55,594 bases of DNA from Octopus bimaculoides. Taxonomy: Eukaryota. Shown here piece after piece: positions 1 to 12,394 of this stretch. A program made the position numbers and the translations under genes. The notes under the pieces were generated by a model. It was not told the DNA's origin and ran no database searches. It saw only the letters and a list, made by a program, of their open reading frames with translations. The stretch is taken from NCBI RefSeq assembly GCF_001194135.2, contig NC_068984.1, forward strand, positions 50,192,436 through 50,248,029, given 5' to 3'. Every line of letters begins with the position of its first letter. Positions within the stretch are counted from its first letter, which is position 1.

Positions 1-35
<35 letters not shown>

Positions 36-450
36 CATACATACATACAGGCATGCGTACAAACAGACACACATATATACAAGCATACATACATCCAAGC
101 GTACACATATATATACAAATACAGAGACAATAGACATGTGTGTCTGTGTCAAAACTGTTGCTGGGATGCGTGTAGTGTGTCAGCTAAAAGGACTGTGGGC
201 TTGTCACGTTTCCCGCCTGTTACATTTCACTACTGTGTAGTAACAACACGAAAAGGATATCCGGGTGCATGAGATTTAAGTTGTTACTACATCAATAAAC
301 TCTATGCACATGTCTGTTCTTGCTGAGAGACTTGGGGTGACTTGGTGTCCTTGGCTAAACTTATTTGTTATTCAGTGATATGGAATTTATAACCTGCGCT
401 ATAGGAAAATGTTTTAGCGCCAATCAAGATTCCCAGTTATGAAGAAAATA

Positions 451-861
451 CTCTTTTATTCTTTTTCTCTTTTACTTGTTTCAGTCATTTAACTGCGGCC
501 ATGCTGGAGCACCGCCTTTAGTCGAGCAAATCGACCCCAGGACTTATTCTTTGTAAGCCTAGTACTTATTCTATCTGTCTCTTTTGCCGAACCGCTATGT
601 TACGGGGACGTAAACACACCAGCATTGGTTGTCAAGCGATGTTGGAGGGACAAACACAGACACAAACACATACATATATATATATATATACATATATACG
701 ATGGGCTTCTTTCAGTTTCCGTCTACCAAATCCACTCACAAGGCTTTGGTCGGCCCGAGGCTATAGTAGAATACACTTGCCCAAGGTGCCACGCAGTGGG
801 ACTGAACCCGGAACCATGTCGTTGGTAAGCAAGCTACTTACCACACAGCCATTCCTACGCC
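451..861 (-). mobile_element. tRNA-headed SINE, family A (near full length)
   Basis: Minus strand starts GGCGTAGGAATGGCTGTGTGGT (A-box-like) with B-box GGTTCAGTCCC (798-808). It has an internal CA/TA tract, a 3' stem-loop and an AAAAGA(G/A)-type tail at ~451-475. Further copies occur at 22.7 kb and 26.0 kb. Confidence 0.9.
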
Positions 862-1339
862 TATGTAAACATATAAAAATAGTAAACAATTGCTTTATGA
901 TTGTTTATAATTTTAGGAAGAATAAGGGACTTAATGTACTAAAAAAATTTTAATCTGGTGAGTAGCCTCATAGGTAGTTTAGATTTGTGACAGCATTAAT
1001 TCTGGTAACTACTGCAGTCAACCTGATACCAGTCATATCTATACTACTTTTGCTTAATATATTACTAGCAAGAGCAACAGAAAGATGGAGGAAGTTTGTA
1101 AAGCATGTGCAACCCAGTTTAGTTATAATTCTTCCCAGAGGACTGCTCGGGAGAGGAAATTCCAATTGCAAACATATACATGCATAAATATACTAGAAAA
1201 AAAGCGTCAATGTGAGCTTTGTACAAAGATTTCAAATAATAAAATGAGCACACATCAAAAAGAAACAAAGCAAAACAAAACAGATTTTAACTTATATGAC
1301 CATATAAGCATATCAGTTTCATTATGACTGTGTGAGTAT

Positions 1340-1354
1340 GTGTTTGTGTGTGTA

Positions 1355-1387
<33 letters not shown>

Positions 1388-1421
1388 CTTTGCATTGTAT
1401 ATATATGTGTGTGTGTGTATG

Positions 1422-1465
<44 letters not shown>

Positions 1466-1533
1466 AATGAATGTATATATACATATATAGACACACATGG
1501 CTATATCTATGTCTGTATATTTATACATATGTA

Positions 1534-1576
<43 letters not shown>
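1340..1576. repeat. Compound (GT)n/(AT)n microsatellite
   Basis: Read directly. It is representative of dozens of similar tracts that generate most of the spurious ORFs. Confidence 0.95.
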
Positions 1577-1578
<2 letters not shown>

Positions 1579-1580
1579 TG

Positions 1581-1695
1581 GGACTCCCTTCAGTCATGAC
1601 TGACCATGGGATTGCACCTAGAAAGTTACCATCCTAGGCACAAGTCCGGGCAAGGTTGTTTATGGAAGACCAGCAGTCGCCCATGCATACTAGCC
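1581..1695 (-). mobile_element. SINE family B, 3' fragment
   Basis: GCACCTAGAAAGTTACC..GCACAAGTCCGGG..TTGTTTATGGAAGACCAGCAGTCGCCCATGCATAC matches the copies at 4515-4843 and 25758-25943. Confidence 0.85.
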
Positions 1696-1867
1696 ATACT
1701 GGCTGCATTACGTAAATAGTTTACTACAGTATCGACGCATACTAGACCGTCTATAATACATATACACATCAAAATATACAGATGCATGCATACTGACTAC
1801 ATACATATACAGGCATATATATGTAAGACATAAATATACGCACAAATACACATATACACAGGAAGGA

Positions 1868-1948
1868 ATTTCAACCATGTTTCGTGGTCTGCTACCACAA
1901 CAGCTCCTTTATAGGATCCAGTTAGCTCAAGACATCATCAGGAGGAAC
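1868..1948 (-). ncRNA. Hammerhead ribozyme-like motif (degenerate type I)
   Basis: Minus strand: CTGATGA (1941-1935), a long imperfect stem II (GTCT/AGAC, GCTA/TAGC, TCCT/AGGA), then GAAAC-ATG-GTT (1883-1873). Stem I is only 2 bp. Confidence 0.45.
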
Positions 1949-2000
1949 CACGACCGGTTTCGGCCCCTACTCCTCTACTTTCGGAGGTGTCTTCAGCTCT
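1948..2000 (-). ncRNA. Hammerhead ribozyme-like motif (degenerate type I)
   Basis: Minus strand: CTGAAGA (1996-1990), a CCTC/GAGG hairpin, then GAAA-CCGG-TC (1961-1952) with a palindromic stem III. Core-proximal pairs of stems I and II are broken. Confidence 0.45.
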
Positions 2001-2468
2001 GGTGTTGGGTGCATGTCTTCTTTCACTGTTTGTGACTGTTCTAATTCAACTGTGGAATGTCCCTCGCTATGCATGCAACCATACCTGCATACGAAAATCT
2101 CTTGATGTACACATATTGAAGTTATAACAGACATGATAGATGAGAAGTATATCTTAAACGTAGGGAGGGGAAAAGAAAAAGGAAACGGATGGATTCTTAA
2201 CGTAACAGTTAGCAAGAAGAGGAACGCATTGTTAAAGAACGCTATAGAAGTAAAGAATAGGGAGAGAAAGGATGCTTCACGTTACGAAAAAATGGAAGAT
2301 AGGTGGCGGAATATGTGTAATAAATGTACACAAATTAAAATTACGTAAATATGTATATACAAAAGTGTATAGTACCATAAATACATATATAAGATCACGC
2401 ATATAAATATATGGACATATGCACGTAAATACACATCCACACAAATATAAGTGTATATGTAAGTATGT

Positions 2469-2675
2469 ATGTTATCAATCAGTTTCATTTCTGTATTTCT
2501 TGTCCATAGAGAAAGAGCCGGACTCTAACATACATTCAAGGCTCCGTCATTGGAACTTTTATCAACATCATCTAGGTATTTGTGCATATGTGTGTGTGTG
2601 TGTGTGTGCAGTATTTGGTGTTAGTGTATGCGCAGATTTGTATGTTTGTTTTATGGATGCGTTTTTATGTATATA
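2469..2675. repeat. Dispersed ~200-bp repeat, copy 1
   Basis: Near-identical to 24843-25041 (about 6 substitutions plus a GT-tract length difference). Confidence 0.9.
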
Positions 2676-3181
2676 TTTTCATGTCTAGATGCATGCATAT
2701 GTATTTATGTGCTAAATTTTTGGAAAGTTTTACATATCTTTACAGTTCCATTGATGGCTTGAATCTGTAGTCTTGTAATTAGCCTTTTTCTTTCAGGTTT
2801 TGAGAACGCTAATTTTTCCAGGTTTTTGTATGTATGTATGTATGTATGTATGTATGTATGTATGTATGTATGTATCTATGTATGTATACAAGGGTCAAGG
2901 AATGGAATAGATAATATCCAGGCTATACATATTTCATAGTGTGTGGAACCTCGGAAGTGGTAAATATCTAAGAGAGAGGTGTATACCACAAGCTACTCTT
3001 CAGAACAAGGGTATCTTGATTAAATGAAGTTTACCTTGCCGTAAGGAGGTACACCTCAACACACGGAAGATTCGATTACAATTTTCGTAAAAGTTGTTTT
3101 TAATGTTTTCTACGGTTTACTTGAAGCACACCTTCTTCCTACATCTCGATCCTTGGACCTCACATTTATATACTCTCAAAG

Positions 3182-3242
<61 letters not shown>

Positions 3243-4328
3243 NNNNNNNNNNNNNNNNNNNNNNNNNNNNNNNNNNNNNNNNNNNNNNNNNNNNNNNNNN
3301 NNNNNNNNNNNNNNNNNNNNNNNNNNNNNNNNNNNNNNNNNNNNNNNNNNNNNNNNNNNNNNNNNNNNNNNNNNNNNNNNNNNNNNNNNNNNNNNNNNNN
3401 NNNNNNNNNNNNNNNNNNNNNNNNNNNNNNNNNNNNNNNNNNNNNNNNNNNNNNNNNNNNNNNNNNNNNNNNNNNNNNNNNNNNNNNNNNNNNNNNNNNN
3501 NNNNNNNNNNNNNNNNNNNNNNNNNNNNNNNNNNNNNNNNNNNNNNNNNNNNNNNNNNNNNNNNNNNNNNNNNNNNNNNNNNNNNNNNNNNNNNNNNNNN
3601 NNNNNNNNNNNNNNNNNNNNNNNNNNNNNNNNNNNNNNNNNNNNNNNNNNNNNNNNNNNNNNNNNNNNNNNNNNNNNNNNNNNNNNNNNNNNNNNNNNNN
3701 NNNNNNNNNNNNNNNNNNNNNNNNNNNNNNNNNNNNNNNNNNNNNNNNNNNNNNNNNNNNNNNNNNNNNNNNNNNNNNNNNNNNNNNNNNNNNNNNNNNN
3801 NNNNNNNNNNNNNNNNNNNNNNNNNNNNNNNNNNNNNNNNNNNNNNNNNNNNNNNNNNNNNNNNNNNNNNNNNNNNNNNNNNNNNNNNNNNNNNNNNNNN
3901 NNNNNNNNNNNNNNNNNNNNNNNNNNNNNNNNNNNNNNNNNNNNNNNNNNNNNNNNNNNNNNNNNNNNNNNNNNNNNNNNNNNNNNNNNNNNNNNNNNNN
4001 NNNNNNNNNNNATATGCATATGTGGGCACAGGACGTCACGAAACGTGTACAACAAAACAAAATACGAAGCAGGAGTGCATGGAACATGAACTATTCTTTC
4101 GAACAAGTAAAAGCACAAATGGAAAACAAGTCAAAAGAACGACCATTCATCAATTGTTGTCTGTCTTTCTACTTTTGTATTTCCAGCATTTAACAACAAT
4201 ATACGCTTTCTATAAAACAGTTACTACTGCAAGGTAAATTAAATAAAATTTTGGATTTTGCGGAGAGTCAAATTGGTAACAGAAACAGAACAGTGAAAAC
4301 AAATAGAAAGAGCTGCTAAGCCTCGACG

Positions 4329-4463
4329 AGGTTGTGGTGGAGAACGCGTGAGTCAAGCTATGACAGGAGACAAACACGAACACGTCTTCCTTGTTCCAGC
4401 TACAACGGAGATATGTGTGCGTGTGTGTGTGTGTGTGTTTGTGCATGTTTGTGTGCGTGTGTA
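4329..4463. repeat. Left arm of inverted duplication
   Basis: Reverse complement of 4913-5059; the ~85 bp of unique sequence is identical. Confidence 0.9.
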
Positions 4464-4514
4464 TTTGTCTGTGTATGTGTGTGTGTGTGTTCGTATACAT
4501 ATGAATAAACACTT

Positions 4515-4843
4515 CGTTCGGTTATGTATGTCCATGCGAATGCACCTAGAAAGTTTTCCTCTGAAGCACAAGTCCGGGTAAGGTTGTTTATGGAATGCCA
4601 GCAGTCACCCATGCATACCAGACTCCCCTCTCCACGTCACTGATGTTATCCAAGGGAAAGGCAAAGGCCGATACTGCTTGGCATCAGCGATGTCGCAACT
4701 CATTTCTACAGCTGAATGAACTAGAGTAACGTGAAATCAATTGTCTTGCGCAAAAACACAACACACAGCCAGGTGCAGCAATCGAACTCACTACCTCATG
4801 GTTGTGAGGCCAGCACTCTAAACAAAGATCCATGCACCTTCAC
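4515..4843 (-). mobile_element. tRNA-headed SINE, family B (near full length)
   Basis: Minus-strand head GTGAAGGTGCATGG..TTAGAGTGCTGG..GTGAGTTCGATTGC (B-box-like), followed by the family B body shared with 1581-1695 and 25758-25943. Confidence 0.85.
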
Positions 4844-4912
4844 AACACATATGCATATACGTATATATATATATATATATATAATAATATTATTAGGGAC
4901 AAAATCCAAAAT

Positions 4913-4931
4913 TACACACGCACACAAACAT

Positions 4932-4974
<43 letters not shown>

Positions 4975-5059
4975 TATCTCCGTTGTAGCTGGAACAAGGA
5001 AGACGTGTTCGTGTTTGTCTCCTGTCATAGCTTGACTCACGCGTTCTCCACCACAACCT
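4913..5059. repeat. Right arm of inverted duplication, ending 5 bp before an N-gap
   Basis: Reverse complement of 4329-4463. Confidence 0.9.
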
Positions 5060-5718
5060 AAAACNNNNNNNNNNNNNNNNNNNNNNNNNNNNNNNNNNNN
5101 NNNNNNNNNNNNNNNNNNNNNNNNNNNNNNNNNNNNNNNNNNNNNNNNNNNNNNNNNNNNNNNNNNNNNNNNNNNNNNNNNNNNNNNNNNNNNNNNNNNN
5201 NNNNNNNNNNNNNNNNNNNNNNNNNNNNNNNNNNNNNNNNNNNNNNNNNNNNNNNNNNNNNNNNNNNNNNNNNNNNNNNNNNNNNNNNNNNNNNNNNNNN
5301 NNNNNNNNNNNNNNNNNNNNNNNNNNNNNNNNNNNNNNNNNNNNNNNNNNNNNNNNNNNNNNNNNNNNNNNNNNNNNNNNNNNNNNNNNNNNNNNNNNNN
5401 NNNNNNNNNNNNNNNNNNNNNNNNNNNNNNNNNNNNNNNNNNNNNNNNNNNNNNNNNNNNNNNNNNNNNNNNNNNNNNNNNNNNNNNNNNNNNNNNNNNN
5501 NNNNNNNNNNNNNNNNNNNNNNNNNNNNNNNNNNNNNNNNNNNNNNNNNNNNNNNNNNNNNNNNNNNNNNATATACATATATATACTTAAAAGGATTTTA
5601 TCCTGTATATATACCATTCGGTATTTACGTGTTGAAAAAACATATCTTTCTTATTGTGCTACCATACATTTCAACGCTTCAAAAACAAACTTATGTCTGT
5701 TTACATATGAGGAAACAT

Positions 5719-5771
<53 letters not shown>

Positions 5772-5893
5772 GCGTGTGTGCGTATGTATTCATATATATG
5801 TATGTATAAGCGTGTCTGATTGTTATGCGCGTTCTTGTGTACTTTATGTGTTGTTATGATTATGTACGAGATTTTATATCTTTATGATGTTAA

Positions 5894-5937
<44 letters not shown>

Positions 5938-6125
5938 AAATCTTTACCACATTTGCATATTTCTTCCTTGTTCCATGTGGAGAAACTCGAATCTCACGAA
6001 TGACCATTCCGTTGAGGAGTAGGCTTTGACTTTTCCGTTGTCCTTCTTTGCTCCAATCTCGACATTTAAAATTATACATTATATCATAGACATGACATTT
6101 TCCAGTGCATATTTTAGGTCGTTAG

Positions 6126-6410
6126 ATGGGCAACATGGCATTTTAGATATGATGAACGACTATAATACTGCTGCTGCATCTTATGACGGTTGTGTGAATG
6201 ATGACAACAACAATGATGATGGTGATAGGGAGGAGGGGAGGAGGAGAAGGATGAGGAGGTGTGTGGACGACAACGGTAATAATGATCATGGTGACAATGA
6301 TAATGATGTTAGTGATAATGATGAGGATGATGATTACGACTACAACAACAACGACGACGATGATGGTTACGACGACGACGATGATGGCTGTGAGGATGAT
6401 GAGAAAGATA
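6126..6410. repeat. Cryptic trinucleotide (GAT/GAC/AAC/GAG) low-complexity tract
   Basis: Read directly. It yields a D/N-rich pseudo-ORF. Similar tracts occur at 14040-14190 and 23665-23860. Confidence 0.85.
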
Positions 6411-8666
6411 TTTATAGTATGTAGCATTCAAACACGTTATTGTGCAAGATCATGTATACATTTGCAAAACTATTCTCATGCATTATGTGGAAAGATTTAA
6501 TTTTACAATTAAACATTCAACACACACACACACACACACACACACANNNNNNNNNNNNNNNNNNNNNNNNNNNNNNNNNNNNNNNNNNNNNNNNNNNNNN
6601 NNNNNNNNNNNNNNNNNNNNNNNNNNNNNNNNNNNNNNNNNNNNNNNNNNNNNNNNNNNNNNNNNNNNNNNNNNNNNNNNNNNNNNNNNNNNNNNNNNNN
6701 NNNNNNNNNNNNNNNNNNNNNNNNNNNNNNNNNNNNNNNNNNNNNNNNNNNNNNNNNNNNNNNNNNNNNNNNNNNNNNNNNNNNNNNNNNNNNNNNNNNN
6801 NNNNNNNNNNNNNNNNNNNNNNNNNNNNNNNNNNNNNNNNNNNNNNNNNNNNNNNNNNNNNNNNNNNNNNNNNNNNNNNNNNNNNNNNNNNNNNNNNNNN
6901 NNNNNNNNNNNNNNNNNNNNNNNNNNNNNNNNNNNNNNNNNNNNNNNNNNNNNNNNNNNNNNNNNNNNNNNNNNNNNNNNNNNNNNNNNNNNNNNNNNNN
7001 NNNNNNNNNNNNNNNNNNNNNNNNNNNNNNNNNNNNNNNNNNNNNNNNNNNNNNNNNNNNNNNNNNNNNNNNNNNNNNNNNNNNNNNNNNNNNNNNNNNN
7101 NNNNNNNNNNNNNNNNNNNNNNNNNNNNNNNNNNNNNNNNNNNNNNNNNNNNNNNNNNNNNNNNNNNNNNNNNNNNNNNNNNNNNNNNNNNNNNNNTGTG
7201 TGTGTGTGTGTGTGTGTATACACATAAATGCATAATATATACATACATGTACATACATACATGCATGCATGCATTCATATATACGCACATCGATATGCGT
7301 ATAAGGAAAGCTTAAGAGTGATTTCGAAGTTTTGTTTTACATTCTGTCATCAGACAGGTTACCACACTGGAAGTAATGATATCCCATCGAATTTAATGCT
7401 AAACTGTAATATATAACTTAGCATATAATCAAACTTTAATGCTTACATAGATAAATACATACATACATGCATACATACATACACAAACGCACACACACAC
7501 ACACAAACACACGCACACACATATATATTATTTTGGTGAATCAGTCTCTTCGCTTTTCGCTCATGGATACAAAGGATTTTCTGGAAAGTTGTGATAGGCG
7601 AAATTATGGAATTCGCACATAAGGTTTCTACCATAGGATATGGTGATGGAGACAAAATCTGAAAAAGAAAGAAAAAAAAAGTAAGGACAAAGAGAAAAGG
7701 AGTCAGAAGAAAGGGATAGGGAAAAGGAAAGGCACAAAGAAAGACACAAAGAAAAGAGAGAGTAGGAAAAAATATTTCTTCTCTTTTACTTTCTTTACCT
7801 AATTTTCCTTCTGTTTCTTTTTTTCATTGCCCCATTTTATCATATTCTCTTTCCATCGCATAACAAGAATCCTACATATAGATATGCAAAGCAAATTCCA
7901 TCAGTTTTTCTGTCATAAGCCGCACGCGAAACTCACACTATCAAGTGACTGATCCGATCAACATAAAATTTATTAATAATCTCTTTCATGGCATTAAGTA
8001 CTCTCTTCTCCGACAGTCAAAACTAAATGATGTATATATATANNNNNNNNNNNNNNNNNNNNNNNNNNNNNNNNNNNNNNNNNNNNNNNNNNNNNNNNNN
8101 NNNNNNNNNNNNNNNNNNNNNNNNNNNNNNNNNNNNNNNNNNNNNNNNNNNNNNNNNNNNNNNNNNNNNNNNNNNNNNNNNNNNNNNNNNNNNNNNNNNN
8201 NNNNNNNNNNNNNNNNNNNNNNNNNNNNNNNNNNNNNNNNNNNNNNNNNNNNNNNNNNNNNNNNNNNNNNNNNNNNNNNNNNNNNNNNNNNNNNNNNNNN
8301 NNNNNNNNNNNNNNNNNNNNNNNNNNNNNNNNNNNNNNNNNNNNNNNNNNNNNNNNNNNNNNNNNNNNNNNNNNNNNNNNNNNNNNNNNNNNNNNNNNNN
8401 NNNNNNNNNNNNNNNNNNNNNNNNNNNNNNNNNNNNNNNNNNNNNNNNNNNNNNNNNNNNNNNNNNNNNNNNNNNNNNNNNNNNNNNNNNNNNNNNNNNN
8501 NNNNNNNNNNNNNNNNNNNNNNNNNNNNNNNNNNNNNNNNNNNNNNNNNNNNNNNNNNNNNNNNNNNNNNNNNNNNNNNNNNNNNNNNNNNNNNNNNNNN
8601 NNNNNNNNNNNNNNNNNNNNNNNNNNNNNNNNNNNNNNNNNNNNNNNNNNNNNNNNNNNNNNNNNN

Positions 8667-8698
<32 letters not shown>

Positions 8699-8718
8699 TA
8701 AAACACGTGAGACCGAAA

Positions 8719-9099
8719 ATGCCAGAGAAGACTAATACTTCGGATAAAATTACAAACGAGGGCATACTTAAAGAACTCAAAAATATTAACTCACACTTCA
8801 TTACCTTAAATAACAACATCGAGGACTCAAATCTACTCGCCCGGGAAACGGAAAACAGTGAAGACACAGCTCCAGCTCTCTACACTGATTAGATTAGTAA
8901 TAACTTACAACGTTTATGCACAAACCTCAACTCAATATTCATTAACAAGCCCAATAATGAACAACCTCTTCTCCACGACACTTTCAACGAATTCAAGCAA
9001 GGACAAATTAGTAACGATTTAAACACTACACTAAAGTCGGTATTCACATTTATCCCAAAACAATATTACTATACGCAAAATGTTATAACGTTTTTCTAA
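8719..9099 (+). pseudogene. Possible retroelement ORF1/gag-like remnant
   Basis: 126 codons (MPEKTNTSDKITNEGILKELKNINSHFITLNNNIE...) with one in-frame TAG at 8890-8892. A/C-rich sense strand and a coiled-coil-like start. No diagnostic motif. Confidence 0.3.
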
Positions 9100-9365
9100 C
9101 ATAACGATTTAAATGCATTCTTCAACCGTATAACACAAGCCTTCTGTAGATTTTGCACTCTATTTTGTCTTTNNNNNNNNNNNNNNNNNNNNNNNNNNNN
9201 NNNNNNNNNNNNNNNNNNNNNNNNNNNNNNNNNNNNNNNNNNNNNNNNNNNNNNNNNNNNNNNNNNNNNNNNNNNNNNNNNNNNNNNNNNNNNNNNNNNN
9301 NNNNNNNNNNNNNNNNNNNNNNNNNNNNNNNNNNNNNNNNNNNNNACACACACACATATATATAG

Positions 9366-9402
<37 letters not shown>

Positions 9403-9433
9403 TGTCTGTATATAGGCTTATGCATGCTTATAT

Positions 9434-9473
<40 letters not shown>

Positions 9474-9663
9474 ACAAGACGTATATAAGTCCCTTAATGT
9501 CTATACCATAATTAGTCTCAGTGAGTTTAGATTAAAAGTTCATAAAATAACTTTCATGTAAAATGAACTATTTGCTATTACGGCACGAAGTGTATCCATT
9601 GAAATAAGTAAATAAATAAAGAATTAAATCGTCTCCCTCTAAGCCCATCGTGCTTATCGAAAG

Positions 9664-9825
9664 GAAAAAATTATTTCGCGTATGTTTGATACTACAGAAA
9701 TGTACTTTCAAGACATCTATGGTAACGGAGAAATATGGTATTACTACCTGCTATGCAGTTGTATTCAGTTACTGAATTTATGGAGAAAAGAACTTAACAT
9801 TCTCAAAGGTGAAAACGCGAGTAGG
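9664..9825. repeat. Local direct repeat, copy A
   Basis: About 85% similar to 11013-11171. Confidence 0.85.
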
Positions 9826-10437
9826 AACTTCGTTATGTCGCAGTTAGCAGCAGGACCACTATGTACTTAACGACTGTTTCATTAGCTTACATTTTTATTT
9901 GAAACACAAAAATTTCCTCTCCATAGACTGAAAAATGTAGTGGGAAACTACTCCAGTGTATTATTCCTTGGGGCATTCTGTTGATGTTTTGTCTATAGGG
10001 ACACCAGTCAACTTCTTTTTTCAAGATGGCTGACTTAACTTATGATAAACGAAGGAATTTAAGGCTTTACCAAAAACAGGAATAAATAAATAAATAATTT
10101 GGTGCCTATAGGAATTAAGAAATATATATCGTTGAGTTACTAACTAAAAATAAAATTTGCAATGAAAGTAAAGACAAAAACAAATCTGCTGATTGAAGGA
10201 TAATGCAAAGTTTACATAAGCATTTCGACCTAAAGAAAAAATGTTTCTCCTCCTTGTGTCCAATATTTAATCATATAACAGAATTCATACAGCTTAATGA
10301 GTTGACGTTATGTGGTGACATGAAGAGATTAGAAAAGTTTTAATTTTTTGCTAGCTTAAGAAGAGTGAGATTTTTTGAAAGCAAAATCTCCCTAAGGATT
10401 CAGCCCATAAGAAATGTATAAAACATGTCCGCACGCT

Positions 10438-10472
<35 letters not shown>

Positions 10473-11012
10473 TCCCTCACACTCCCTCACACACACATAC
10501 ACAAGCACACATACAAACACACACACACACACACGCACGCATACACACACATACTATATATGCACTGGCATATAAGCATACATATGCTTACAATGACATA
10601 TATACACACACGGTTATGAATGTTTGATAGTGCGTTTTCGTATGCATGAGAAGAATCGAGAAAAATGTACTGAATCATAAACCACTAACCCTATCAACCA
10701 CTTTAGTAGAATCCTCAAACCACACATGTCTTCCATAATCTAATGTATAAAATTATTTAAATATCAAATAATAAATACAACTTTTAATTCAGTTGTGTAA
10801 CAGAATCGGAATCGTTTTGCCTCGCGCTATCAATCTCTGAAGTATTCAATCTATCTTCAGTTCTGTATATTTTGGCACTCGAGCTATTGCTACAGAAATT
10901 TATGACATCAACGAGCATTCTGCTAGATCTAGGACACAGGAAAACTGTAGCTGCAAAGTTAGAAACCGTCATCGTAACTGTATTAGACAATGCGGGAATC
11001 GAAATATCCAGA

Positions 11013-11171
11013 GGAAAAATTGTTTCTCGTGTGTTTGACACTACAGAAATCTATTTTGAAGACGTCTATGGTAACGGAGTAATATGGTATTACTACTGCT
11101 ATGCAGTTGCATTCCGTTACTGAATTTATGGTAAAACTACTTAACATTCGCAGAGGTAGAATTTACGTAGG
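11013..11171. repeat. Local direct repeat, copy B, containing a T-shaped fold
   Basis: About 85% similar to 9664-9825; nested inverted repeats at 11071-11120. Confidence 0.85.
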
Positions 11172-11978
11172 TAGCGGGCTACTAGCTGTAGAATGTAACA
11201 GAAGTAGGTATTAATGAAGACATGTTAGTGATGTCGTATCACGGTGGATCGCGGTGGATGGCAGCAGTTTCCGTTGTTGGATTGAGGATCTACTTAAAGT
11301 GCTCATGTCCTGGTTCAGATCAGACTTCTCGGTAAAGAAAAACGCAAAAGATTTCACGAGTAGTGCAGCCAATCTCACTCAGAAATGAACTGAGAGAAAG
11401 TAGTTCCTGGTAGGTCAATCAAAAACAGGGAGTTTCCAGATTGCATTGGCGGAGAATTAAAGTTTGATCAACTTGATTTGTATCTGGAAACAGTTAATCA
11501 AATTTCTTCCTTTATTATTTCATTTCCTTTTGAAGGGAAAGGAAATCCATTTGGCTGCCCGCAAACACTTCACAGGAAGAGAGGGTGGTGCTACCTTCAG
11601 ATTGTTTTATGAAAGGTAGGTGAGAACTGCACTATTAATCAAGCTAAAATAAGGCTAATCTGATAATATAACTGTAAACCAGAGAAAAAAAATTATGAGG
11701 GGAAACTCTGCTTTGTGTAGGGTACACCGATTTACCACAGGTGATTTTTCCACCTATTGGAGACCTATTCGCTTTGGTAGTGTATTATTATCAGTTGCTT
11801 TTGTTGATTCCGCATTCTTTCTAGTCAGTCAAAACATTTAGGCCTATGTAGCCAAGAAAAGAAACTATCATCATCATCTTCATCATCATCATCATCATTA
11901 ACGATGATTTGACGCAGGTTCGTTCTTATTCCTGTTAGAATTTATATAGATAGCAGGTTACTACCTGTAACCTTAGGT

Positions 11979-12369
11979 TATTACTATTACTGAATGGGGT
12001 ACACATATACGAAGCCCAATATACCCATCATGACTACCCGTCTGATAAGGGTACACCAGGCACATACATCACAACAATATGTATGCGACATGGTGATCGC
12101 ATATCAAGATAAACAGCGCATGACCTTGCAAGTGGGGCCCAGTTTGAATCTTTTTCAGAATGTATAGTCCATCCCGCTCAAAAGGACCCTGAATGGGACA
12201 TGCTCAAATGGTTATCGTCAAGCAACTGACAAACATATCTGTGGCATTGAGCAGAATATTTTTGTTAGCTCATCTCCTCCACCAAGACAAAATAATGTAC
12301 ATGATAACACTTCAAATCAGTTAAGATGAAAAGCCGTGAGAGACAGTGCCTGGTACTGCATCAGGGCAT
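11979..12369 (-). mobile_element. Non-autonomous retroposon-like repeat (family D), probably internally deleted
   Basis: The end TGCCTGGTACTGCATCAGGGCAT matches 32760-32782. It is flanked by ATT/GTT trinucleotide runs. Extent and deletion are inferred from familiarity with the family. Confidence 0.6.
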
Positions 12370-12394
12370 TTATTGTTGTTGTTGTTGTTGTTAA

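Noticed and set aside
790-861. tRNA genes at SINE heads (also 25473 and 29941)
   Set aside because: A/B boxes are present but no complete cloverleaf is evident, and each runs straight into a multi-copy SINE body.
1085-1327. 80-aa ORF with CxxC pairs (piggyBac C-terminal-like)
   Set aside because: The Cys spacing is incomplete, and no TTAA/TIR or catalytic region is visible.
6026-6427. 132-aa D/N-rich ORF and its antisense I/V-rich ORF
   Set aside because: Products of a trinucleotide low-complexity tract.
7624-7662. In-frame VSTIGYGD, resembling a K+ channel selectivity filter
   Set aside because: The upstream residues do not resemble a pore helix, there is no pyrimidine-rich acceptor, and a stop follows 4 codons later. 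The 14-mer ATAGGATATGGTGA also occurs near 51923, suggesting chance or repeat origin.
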